Below are positions 12,307 to 23,356 of a stretch of 64,000 nucleotides of DNA, piece after piece. The number at the start of each line of letters is the position of its first letter. Position 1 is the first letter of the stretch. The stretch spans positions 30,318,001-30,382,000 of the forward strand of contig NC_043008.1 of NCBI RefSeq assembly GCF_006345805.1. The letters run 5' to 3'. The position numbers and the translations under genes were made by a program. Below the pieces are notes generated by a model that was given only the letters and a program-made list of their open reading frames with translations, had not been told where the DNA came from and did no database searches. The DNA comes from Octopus sinensis (Eukaryota).

Positions 12307-14699
12307 GAGTACAATATGCAGAATGTATAGGTATTTCATATGATCATTCCTCTATATTACCCCATCATGCAATATACTGCACGTGACAACTATTTGCACT
12401 ATAACAAAGCTGGTATTCGACCATGTAGTATATCAGTATACAAATTCTGTATTGCCTTAATGATGCAGCTTTTCTTTATTCAACCCGTCACTATTGAACG
12501 GCTGTGTGTATTGCAGCTAGAAGGTAGAGACTGCTGATATGGCACTCTAAATAAGCAAAAGTTATGCCATTGTTATCAGTGTTGTTGACAGTATTGTTAC
12601 TTAGGTAATGGTGGTGGTGAAGCGCGCGTATTTAACAATTTATGAAACTTTGTACGCAGTTTTAGTTTAGAAATGAGAAACGAGAATGAAGAAAAGTAGC
12701 GTTATTCCTAAAATATGACTGTGCATCATATATAAAACTATAAAATTGTGGAGACATGCACTTACAATCGTACCTACATTTGTGAACACTCAAATCGAAG
12801 CTACGAAAAGTATTTGACCTGGTGAGATATTAAGAAGAACAAGATAAATATAGACTTATATTCTTCAATAACAGAAAAAAATGCTATTTTTAAATATAAA
12901 AGTCAGCATTTCTCTTGTGTTGTTCACATCGCATCAGCATCGTAATATCACATGATGTATAATGTCTACGAAAAGAGGTATATGATCTCTAAAAGTAGCA
13001 AAGTTTCAAGAGAACCCATCAAACTAATTGGTTTGACCAAATCTATCTTTGATAACTATAGTAAAATGCAACATTGCAAAATGCAATTTTAGATGATTTG
13101 GTAGTATACATGTAATTGTTTTAGTGCAAGCTGTTTTCAGAACTGCTCAAGGAGACCCACAGTCAATGATGTTTGAGCCCAGATCGAATATCTGTGTCTC
13201 GAATTATATTGCCCGATATTTACATTCTCGTAACGTTAGAGTATATTTTGTGGAAGATGTGACAGATCTGCTCAAGCCAACGAGGGAGATGCCAGCGTAG
13301 CAGAATTATTGGAAGAGAAGATCTACTTTTGGAACTGGAATTAAGAACTATGAACATGTTTGTTGATAATGTTAATATTACTTGATGATGTTGATAATGT
13401 TCAAATTTCAATGAAAATAACAGAAAGGCTAAAGCAAGGAATATGATGACACAATGCACCTTTCAAATCTTATATAACTACTAATATTCCTCGAAAATGC
13501 TTAATATAATTCCGTGAAATTACGCTCCATCGTACAATCCTGCTAATTTTCAATATGGTGTTTGCCTGAACGAAGTATATTATATAATTACTTTAAATTT
13601 AAGATTATTAAATTGTAGAACCGGTCTTACGTTGAAATGCTCCCATAAATATAGAAAAAACATTTAAATATGTAAATAGTGAATAACAAGTAACACCTTA
13701 ATTAAAGGTGCTTTTCCAATAATCTAGTAATCATATTTTTCTAAAGAGTTTAGCATGCATACATGAATGGCTAAATAACTAAATATCTTGGCATAAAATT
13801 TTTATGTTCATTTATTTTTTTTTTCATCATCTATTGACGCCATTCTAAGTTTAAATACGTAATTGACTTTCCCTAGAATATTATAATCCTTCTTAACGCT
13901 CTCTTTGTATGAGACTACATACTGTAGATATTTTCACAGTTCGCTATGAATTTAGTCTCTTTTGAACCACCTTGGTAACATTGTGATCAATACATTTTTG
14001 GATGTATAGGTTTGACTGGTATTTTGTAACTTTTTATTCTATATCTAAATATGCTCAGACAATAGAAATGATTGTCGGTAATTAAAGATGAATTTTTCTT
14101 CATTCTTTTTCATGTCATATTTCTGAAATACTTGTAAGTGATATTTGAATTTACTTATCATACACGAGGAATTTGCATAGATGTTACCACTATTCAAATG
14201 TATAGGCATCTGATTGTTTTATATCGTTATCGAAGTTTGCATCATACTGAGCACTTTCAAGACATCTACCTGGATGTATTAAGCCCTTTTGGCTCTTTTT
14301 ATATATGTGCTTGCGTGTGTGATTGTGTATGTGTCTATGTGTGCGTTTGTGTGTGTATGTGTGTGAGTGTATACATGTGTTTTGTATGTATGTATATGTG
14401 TATATAGAGACCTGTATATGTACATATATATACATATACACACTCACAAATACATACACGCACACACACATATATATATATGTATTATACATATTATATA
14501 TGTGCGTGTGTGTGTTCACGTGTTTGCGTGTTTCTGTGTTTGTTTGTGTGTGTGTGTGTGTGGGTGGGTGTCTTTTCTGAGCTGAAATCAACCCATGTTA
14601 TTTACAGCTAATGTACATTTGTCACTTGTTTCAATTTGTCTGCCTCATAAATTACGATAGCTAGCTAAAATCAGAGTTATTATCCTTCGTTTTTACTTT

Positions 14700-14850
14700 A
14701 GTCATAATTACGCTGTGCACGCAAGCGAAAGCAGAGAATTCTAATCACACGTCTTCGTTTGTTTGTTTGTTTGTTTGTGTGTTTGCAAAGTTACAGGAAA
14801 ACGGCTGAACGGATTTTCACCACATTTGGCAGAAATACTCATTGGTGAGT
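14700..14850 (+). mobile_element. Possible Helitron/Helentron-derived non-autonomous (DINE-1/Lep1-like) fragment
   Basis: (GTTT)n followed by AAAACGGCTGAACGGATTTTCACCACATTTGG resembles the microsatellite + ACGGCTGAACCGATT motif of such elements, recognised from memory only. Confidence 0.4.
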
Positions 14851-15099
14851 GACTCGAAATGATGAACAGTTGGTTTGATTATCTGTTTGTGTGTGTATGT
14901 GTGTGCGTGCGTGTATGTGTGTGCGTGGGTATGTGTATGCACAGTGATGGAGTCCAAATGTTTCGTTTATTTCACCAAAGTATAAATACCTATAATGACG
15001 ATACTTAATTTACGACTTGATTTCTTAATTTCACCGGAGTATAAATACCAGTAATAGTTTTACTTAATTTCTTTTTTTCACTGGAAATTTCCCGATAAG

Positions 15100-15275
15100 A
15101 ATGTGGTCATACTTTCTCGTTCACTAATAAAGCTTTCTTTTTGTATTTTGCCTCTGTATATTTTCTCGTGTTGCTTCCTGCTGACGAATGTAGGCTCGAA
15201 ACCTAAAAACTTTTTCACCTTCCCGAGTTTGTTGTTTATACACCTGTTTTCGTCTTTCGTTTTTTGTAAACTCCA

Positions 15276-15285
<10 letters not shown>
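15100..15285 (+). repeat. PLE-terminus-like repeat family B with degenerate hammerhead-like motif
   Basis: CTGACGAATGTAGGCTCGAAAC at 15181-15202; the flanks align with the reverse complement of 19985-20170. Confidence 0.6.
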
Positions 15286-15337
<52 letters not shown>

Positions 15338-15950
15338 TATATACGACCTCGGGCAAATATATATGGTTAAACGTACTTATGATCTGATGAAACATCTGGG
15401 AAGAACAGCAGCAAAGCCCTATAGCCCTAAAGGCAATCACAGAGACAGAGAAGTGGTGTTACAACGGTCGAGGAGGAACGAAAACGATATCCATGCCATT
15501 TCAAAGGCAAAAGTTCTATATTTTAACTCATTTTATATTTTTAGATTTCAACTCATTCAGAAGTAGCTCTGAATGAGTGACTATGCTAGCACTGAAGTTT
15601 CACTGTTACCATACGTACAATCATTAATTCTTCTTTATGTAAAGATTTGAAAGCTGAGTCAAGTAAGCAGAGTTACGATTATATTTACGCTGCTTAAATG
15701 CACAAAACTCTGATATCCAAGTGACTATAAGTGACAGTAGATGGGCACTCAGAAGTCATGACCAAGATGAGGCGTGGCTCCTTTAGAGTATTACAAGTTA
15801 AGAGCCGATTCATTTGCCTGTTTTTTAAGACCTTCTTGAGAGATTCTTTCTATTATATTTATATATATATATATATATACATATATTTGGCTAAATCAAG
15901 AGTAAAAGCAAAGAAAGGAAAAGTCAAAACAATGTACTTACCATTATATA

Positions 15951-15996
<46 letters not shown>

Positions 15997-16178
15997 CACC
16001 CACAAAAGCCAAACGTTGTAGACAGTAAATGCACTGGTTAATGTGGCAAAAAGCGGGTATGTGACAATTTGCACATTAGTGAGACAAAGGTAAGCGGAAA
16101 TATCCGGTGAGAAGGAAAAGTACAGTCCGAAAAAGCACTTGCGCAGTTAGATGGCTGAGTACATACATACACACACAC

Positions 16179-16254
<76 letters not shown>

Positions 16255-16415
16255 CAGATAGATAGATATGCGTGCCTCTATGCCAACATAAAAGAAATAA
16301 TATACGAGTGAGAACAAAAGAATCGTCTGAAATTCAATAAACCAACACCTTCCCAATATATGTACGTTTATGTATGCATGCTTATATGTATGTGTGTGTG
16401 TGTCTGTGTTCGTAT

Positions 16416-16486
<71 letters not shown>

Positions 16487-17599
16487 GTGTGTGTTGTGTG
16501 TGTGTGTGTGTATGTATGAATACACACGCTCACTTTTCAATTTGTTATTCTTGGATGCTATATGGAATCTTTAAACATAAGGAGTTATTCTACTTGCCAT
16601 ACTTTGTTAGAAGCGCATGGCAGGTACTGAGAAGAAATAAATGGTGCCCTCATGAAATATGTGGTGGCAGAATCTCTGACGTGAAGTTCCCTGTGGTATA
16701 GTAGAACTCGGACATTGATACACGATGTTCATTGTGATATCCATTCATTGTGATATCCATACTGATATTAACTAGTAGCTCATTACTCTTTGACGTCAAT
16801 CCGCTCCAAACAGCTCAGAAGACATTCTATTAAGGAACGAAATTATTGTTCATAAATCGGCAACTTATTTTAATGCAAATGATATGAATGACATTCTGAC
16901 AATAGAATTTGCACCGTTTCATTTATTGCTGAAATCTTTCTACAGCGTTTCAAATTGCTTTGGGTTAAACGCTGTAGAAAAGCTTTTGTTTCCCATACAA
17001 GAGAAACATATAGATGTTTGGCTATATCTCGTGATGCAACGCATATGAACACAACTCGTTAAAACAAACGTTTAGGAAAATTTAGAAATTTACGAGTCAC
17101 TAAATTGTACTGCGAAATGATACATTGCAACTGGCGAAAGCAGTTTTCAATTGACTATACTAGTAATTCAGCATACTATGAATATTTCATAACGCATCGT
17201 ATATTGTACAGATACATAGAGATATGATCCGCAATTAAAATTTTCACTTTCCATACATGGTTTCACGTTCAGTCTCACTTCACGGTTTCTGGTATTTGGT
17301 AGGACGAAAACTACGTAGAATCCTGTTACTTATAAATATATAAATGCATGTGTATTTTGATTTTGTGCCTGTCTATGTGTTTACTTCAGCATCATTTGAC
17401 ATACTATTCTGAAGTGTTTATGTATTGGTAACGTAGCCGCTCAGCAAGTCAGAACGATAGTGTAATACGCACTGGGGTCTGTTTATTCAAATAAATATGT
17501 CAAGTGACACCCAGCATGGGTTTTATCCAACGAAGGAAAATGAATAAAAGCAAAAAGGAAAAGAATAAATATCTACTATATAATTATGGATATAGAAGC

Positions 17600-17677
17600 A
17601 CAGGTGTGGTAGTGTGGTAAGTAGCTAGCTTACAAACAATGTGTTTCTCCGTGGCACATTGGCCAAGTAGCTTCTAC
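17600..17677 (+). mobile_element. 5' head of a SINE family 1 copy, interrupted by a PLE insertion
   Basis: GTGTGGTAAGTAGCTAGCTTAC...GGCCAAGTAGCTTCTAC; the SINE resumes at 19352. Confidence 0.75.
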
Positions 17678-18531
17678 AGTTCTATGCTTAAGAGATGAGG
17701 AATTATGTACATTATTTACAATTGACGGATATTTGTCCTCATCTTGTTTGTTCTTAACACAACGTTTCGGCTGATATGCCATCAAGCCTTCATCAAGTGT
17801 CTTGGGGTAAGTTCGAAACTGCCTAAAACATCGAGCAATGAATATAAGTAGCAATTGTGATACCCATCAGGAAGAAATGATCAAGCTCAGTAACAATCTA
17901 TTATGCAACAACTACCCCAAAACTACCCCTCCCCAATTATGAAGAAAAGAGGGGATGGAACCGATAAACTGTCCACAGTCTGTCAACCCAATGTGAAAGG
18001 CCTCTCCGAAAAGACACAAAAGATATGCGGACCATATGATATCAGGACGGTATTCAAAAGTAATACAACACTTCGCAAATATCTCCTTCGAGTAAAACCA
18101 CCAATAGAAGAGAATATGACTAAGAACTGCGTGTACTCCATCCCATGGAGCTGTGATAGGTTATACAAAGGCGAAACATACCGTCCCCTCAAAATAAGGG
18201 TAGAGGAACATCACAAAGCTGTGACACGGGAACATATTGATAAATCGGATATAGCTGATCATGTATGAAAAAATAGAGACCACCTCCCTCTGTGGGGTGA
18301 AGTTAAAATAATAGACAGAGAACGCCACTCGAAAATACGCAAACTAAAAGAAGCAGCACATACACTAGGGCCCAACAACCTCCTAAGCAGACCAAGTGCA
18401 GATATGAACAGCATGTGGGAACCGGTATGAAGGAAGGATAGTAGAATATTAGATTTATAGACCCTAAAATTCACTCCATTACTGCCCACGGACATATGGC
18501 GTAGTGGTTAAGAGCACGGGCTAATAACCCC

Positions 18532-18580
<49 letters not shown>

Positions 18581-19143
18581 TAATAATAATAATGCCCTGA
18601 TACAGTACCAGGCAGTGGCTCTCATGGCTTCTGATCTTAACTGATTGGAAGTGTTATCATGTACATTGTTTTGTCTTGGTATAAAAGATGGGCTACAGCA
18701 AATATTCTGCTCAATACCACAGATTTGCTTGTCAGTTGTTTGACCTTAACCAGTTGAGCATGTCCCTTAGAGGCTGACTATATGTGCATCTCTGATCACG
18801 AGCAGAAGTAGTGGCGGAGCATCATAGCCATATGTTGAGAGGGATTCTTTGGGGTTTGAATAATTCACCTCTGGAAACATGGGTGGTTCTTTCAACATCC
18901 TTAAACAATCCTTATTCAGGGACCTTTTGGGCGGGATGTGCTACTCAACCTGAAGAAAATTCTGGGCCCCACCTGCAAGGTCATGTGCTGTTTATCTTGA
19001 TATGAGATCAACATGTCGCGCACATATGGTTGTGATGCATGTGCCTGGTGTACCCTTATCAGACGGGTAGTCATGATGGGTATATTGGGCTTCGTATATT
19101 TTACCCCAGTGTCACTTTGATGGCATGCACTGCTCTCTCACTC

Positions 19144-19217
<74 letters not shown>

Positions 19218-19351
19218 CAACATTAGGAATTGAGAACTCAGGCTCCAAATTTCTCCCAGACACCTGATGAAGACTGGAGGGTATATCAGCCGAAATATTG
19301 TGTTAACATCAAACAAGATGAGAACAAATATCCTTCAATTGTAAATAATAT
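17678..19351 (+). mobile_element. 5'-truncated Penelope-like element: inverted terminal copy, GIY-YIG endonuclease C-terminus, (AAT)n and hammerhead-bearing terminus
   Basis: ORF 17903-18268 (KGLSEK..KICGPYDIRTVFKS..TLRKYL.RVKPP......NCVYSIP.SC...YKGET.RPLK.R.EEH..A......S.IADHV) continues past one stop as KNRDHLPLWGEVKIIDRE...RKLKEAAH. 17678-17830 is an inverted copy of 19225-19351. A 13-bp TSD has one mismatch. Confidence 0.9.
18593..19143. mobile_element. ~550-bp non-coding interspersed element inserted in an (AAT)n tract
   Basis: Higher-GC unique sequence (GCCCTGATACAGTACCAGGCAG...GCACTGCTCTCTCACTC) with (AAT)n on both sides. The homologous PLE tail at 32655-32920 has an uninterrupted AAT tract at this position. 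Confidence 0.75.
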
Positions 19352-19429
19352 AAGTATCTTCTACTATAGTCTCGGGCAGACCAAAGGGTTGTGCGTAGAT
19401 TTGGTAGAGGGAAACTGAAAAAACCCGAC

Positions 19430-19471
<42 letters not shown>

Positions 19472-19690
19472 TATATAATGTTCTTGTGTCTGTGTTTGCC
19501 CCCACCCACATCGCTTGACAACCGATATTGCTATGTTTGTGTCACCGCAAGTTAGCGATTCGGCAAAAGAACCGATAGAATAAGTACCAGGTTTACAAAG
19601 ACTAAGTCTTGAGGTTGATTTGTTCGACTAACACTGGTGCTACAGTATGGCCACAGTCAAGTAACTGAAACAAATGTAAGAATATAAAAA
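19352..19690 (+). mobile_element. 3' remainder of the interrupted SINE family 1 copy
   Basis: AAGTATCTTCTACTATAGTCTCGGGCAGACCAAAG...(TA)n...CATCGCTTGACAACCGAT...GCCACAGTCAAGTAACTGAAAC. Confidence 0.85.
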
Positions 19691-19743
19691 TAGAATGTAT
19701 AACAGTATAACACAAATATATTGATTTATATATGTATACATAC

Positions 19744-19813
<70 letters not shown>

Positions 19814-19919
19814 GTTGTATACTGTCAACTTAACGTGACAGTAGGGGATTGCACCACCGCTGTTTAGCCCTAGGAAGCATCGACGCTTCCTGTTGGCTTC
19901 GACACATTTCCTGTGTGCT

Positions 19920-19984
<65 letters not shown>

Positions 19985-19986
<2 letters not shown>

Positions 19987-20175
19987 ACCGGAAAGTTTAC
20001 GAAAATAAACAAAAGACGAAGGCAGGTGGAGTACAAACAAATGTATTAGTATAGCGCTCAGGAATAGAAATAGAAAAAGTATTTTACGTTTCGAGCCTAC
20101 GCTCTTCGACAGAAAGATACACAGAAAAAAACAAGGAGAGAAAAAATGCGTGAAGGAACTAACGATCTATCAAAA
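19985..20175 (-). repeat. PLE-terminus-like repeat family B with hammerhead-like motif
   Basis: The minus strand at 20120-20079 reads GTATCTTT-CTGTCGA-A-GAGC-GTAG-GCTC-GAAA-CG-TA-AAATAC. Confidence 0.65.
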
Positions 20176-20182
20176 CATATAT

Positions 20183-20213
<31 letters not shown>

Positions 20214-20618
20214 CATATGTAAAACATATATTGATGTATAAAACACTTTCATATTATCTTCATCTAGAAGATAACACTGCACCATAACAAATTACACAGG
20301 TATTTGACAATACAGTTTATGATATTCAACATTTTGTGTCACCGTAATGATACCCCTCTATATTCAGCCTGCCACTGTTTCATGTCATTGTTTATTGCAA
20401 CACGATAAACATCGGCGTTGATAGTAAGCTTCAACAAAAAGCAACAGCTATATCGGTATGTTGTTATTGTTGCATTTAATAGTGGCGATGACTCTCTCTC
20501 TCGCTCTTTCTCTCTCTCACAAATCGCGCGCGCACGCACACACTCACATATTTATATATATATATACCTACACACATACATATACACATACACATACACA
20601 CACACATATATATCTACA

Positions 20619-20666
<48 letters not shown>

Positions 20667-20704
20667 TGAGAAAGTTGGTGTGTGAAAGCACGTGGTTGGA
20701 TATA

Positions 20705-21160
20705 TAGAAAATAGAAAAGAGGGAAAAAACTACAGAAGGCTTGTTTTATGAGGTTAAAGAATATATTTGAGTCGTTATGTTAGAAGAATGTTATAAAATT
20801 TTGCATATAATAACATAGTTTTTGGAGAAAATACCGGTTTCGTATTAACTTTTCAAATATCTCAAATGTCTTTATATACATCGTGTCATGTCTTCGTTAT
20901 GCAGTGCAAAGAGAGTGTTCCAGGCAGGGGGAGGTAATAGGTGATTTCTTCCGGTATAAGGGAGATAATCGCTTGTATATAAAGATGTATATAAAGACAT
21001 TTGAGAAATTTGAAAAGTTAACAGGAAACCGGTAATTTCTCCAAAAACTATGTTACTATATGCAAAATTTTATAACATTCTTCTAACATAACGACTTAAA
21101 TATATTCTTTAATCTTATAAAACAAGCCTTCTGTAGTTTTTTCTTCACTCTTTTCTATTT
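20705..21160. repeat. Fold-back: ~178-bp inverted arms (20705-20882 / 20984-21160) around a ~100-bp spacer
   Basis: CTACAGAAGGCTTGTTTTATGAGGTTAAAGAATATATTTGAGTCGTTATGTTAGAAGAATGTTATAAAATTTTGCATA is matched by its reverse complement at about 21055-21136; flanked by (TA)n. Confidence 0.92.
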
Positions 21161-21165
21161 TATAT

Positions 21166-21215
<50 letters not shown>

Positions 21216-21216
<1 letters not shown>

Positions 21217-22051
21217 CAATAATAAATCTCTGAGCAAGATGTAAACAGTAACCGCTCGACAACGTAAAGTATACTAGCCATATCAATATGGCTAACCACT
21301 AAGGGTGGCTGTTATTGTAGCTTTTAGCCCCAGGAGATCATCGTCTCCAGCTGGCTTTAGGCACAATTTCTGTGCCCTTATGATATTTGCAAAGGGAGGT
21401 CATCCCCTCTTGTAAACCTAAGTGATGCGCACGGACTGCAGTTTCGAGGTAATTTGCCTCTTGTCAACGTAGGGTAATCACCGGTTTACGACGAAAGGAA
21501 TAATAAATCTCTGAACGAGATGTAAACAGTAACCGCTCGACAACGTAAAATATACTAGCCATATCAATATGGCTAACCACTAAGGATGGGTGTTACTGTA
21601 GCTTTTAATTTTTAACTTGCCTCTTGTCAATGTACGGTAATCATCGGTTTACGACGAAAGGAAGACCTGTTTCAAATACTTAAAGTTTTTTCTAGTGACT
21701 TCCATCACTGATTTCGAAAAACTCGTTCAGAGATTTATTATTGCTTGCAGACGGTTTTTCGAAATCAGTGACGGAAGTCACTAGAAAAACCTATAAGTAT
21801 TTGCAAACAGGTCTTCCGTTCGTCGCAAACCGGTGATTACCGTACGTTGACAAGAGGTAAATTACGTCGAAACTGCAGTCCGTGCGTATCACTTAGGTTC
21901 ACGACAGGGGATGACCTCCCTTTGCAAATATCATAAGAGCACAGAAAGTGTGCCTAAAGCCAGCTGGTGTCGATGATCTCCTGGGGCTAAAAGCTACAGT
22001 AACACCCACCCTCAGTGGTTAGCCATATTGATATGGCTAGTATACTTTACG

Positions 22052-22053
<2 letters not shown>
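21216..22053. repeat. Complex fold-back of an interspersed repeat: unit A, partial tandem A', short spacer, then inverted copy
   Basis: Direct repeat 21216-21500 / 21501-21663 (A' internally deleted). 21753-22053 is the reverse complement of about 21261-21500 plus 21661-21722. Contains TAGCCATATCAATATGGCTA mini-palindromes; (TA)n on both sides. Confidence 0.9.
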
Positions 22054-22103
<50 letters not shown>

Positions 22104-22749
22104 ACATGAGTTTTTATAAATATCATATCTCGTGGAAAAAAGTGTAAAGGAATGTGAAAACAAAACATGACAGTCCAAGAATATGAATGTGTTTACTAAA
22201 AATATAAGAATTCTGGAAGCATGCAATTACGACGGACCTACCTTATAGAACATTCAAATATAAGTTGTTTGAAGTTTATATCCAGGCTGTATATTGAGAA
22301 GAGCAATTTTAAGTCAAGTTTTTCTTCAATAACAAAAACGAAACAGTTTTTAAAATAGAATTACTTGCATCTTTTTTTCCTTGTGTTTTTCACTTGTCCT
22401 CAATTCATTTTATCATATGAACCGTGACGCACGCAGTTGAAATGCAGGGACTGCTAACTCGCCTGAAATTCCATTAGACTTGAATGATTACCGAAAAGCA
22501 TTTATTATAAATATACAGCATGAGTTTATATTTGTATACACTCATATTACATATCCTTAGGTCAAATCTTTTTATCCAGTACTTTGATAAAGAGCATATT
22601 TTAATTATGATATAAAGCAGAATTTTTTTCCTACAACCTGTTAATATGTTTTTGAGTTCACATCGAACACGAGATGAATATTTCACTCGATTTATGCCAA
22701 ATGTATATATTGGTTTCAAATTTTGACACAAGTTCAGCAACATTAAGGA

Positions 22750-22925
22750 AGGAGTTAAGTTGATCAGATCGACCCCAGTGCTCTACTGGTACTTATTTTA
22801 TCGACCCCGAAGGAATGAAAGGTTCAGTCAACGCCTGGGGAATCTGAACTCAGAACCTAAAGACGGACGAAATGCGGCTAAGTTTTTACCCGGCATGCAA
22901 ACGATTCTACCACTTCACCGCCTTG
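22750..22925 (-). mobile_element. tRNA-derived SINE family 2
   Basis: The minus strand reads GGTAGAATCGTTTGCATGCCGGGTAAAAACTTAGCCGCATTTCG...GTTCTGAGTTCAGATTCC...CATTCCTTCGGGGTCGATAAAATAAGTACCAG. Confidence 0.8.
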
Positions 22926-23356
22926 TCAAATATATATTATGTATTTAACCATGCATACATGTATCAGTCTATCTGCTAGCGTATTATGCATATATACAGA
23001 ATCAAATCCGAACCTCTAGTAATTAATGGAGACTGGAGACTTACGTCGCCGACTGCTGCTAAGAGCTTGATATAATATAAAATTATTATTAGTGTAATTA
23101 TCATTATCATTAATATTGCCAAAATTATCCCCCTCCTCCTCCATATCATGATCATTAGCAGTAGCTTCTACTTCCTCGTGGCTGTCATTATAGTCTTCAT
23201 AATTAAACTCAAAAGATTATTTAGCACTGGAAACTTATTAACTGTTTAATTTTTTGTATTGATTTTCATATCTATTATTATATGTTTCTCTGTTTTATGT
23301 TTATCTCACACGTTATTCATAGTAAAATTAATTCTGATATTCAATTCCAATTTCAG

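Noticed and set aside
12564-12604. Signal-peptide-like MPLLSVLLTVLLL followed by AG|GTAATG as first exon of the Ig gene
   Set aside because: The donor is phase 2 while the 23357 exon needs phase 1; joining them shifts the frame and destroys the Ig sequence.
13140-13300. Acceptor-like TTTTCAG followed by a ~52-codon open frame
   Set aside because: No recognisable homology, and the frame ends in a stop without a convincing donor.
16029-16056. MHWLMWQKA + phase-1 donor G|GTATGT as first exon
   Set aside because: The phase fits, but the peptide is a poor signal peptide and such short matches are expected by chance in 23 kb. Not supportable without transcripts.
21216-22053. Repeat array as a CRISPR-like or prokaryotic/viral insert
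   Set aside because: There is no regular repeat-spacer periodicity, no cas-like or gene-dense region, and the context is uniformly eukaryotic.
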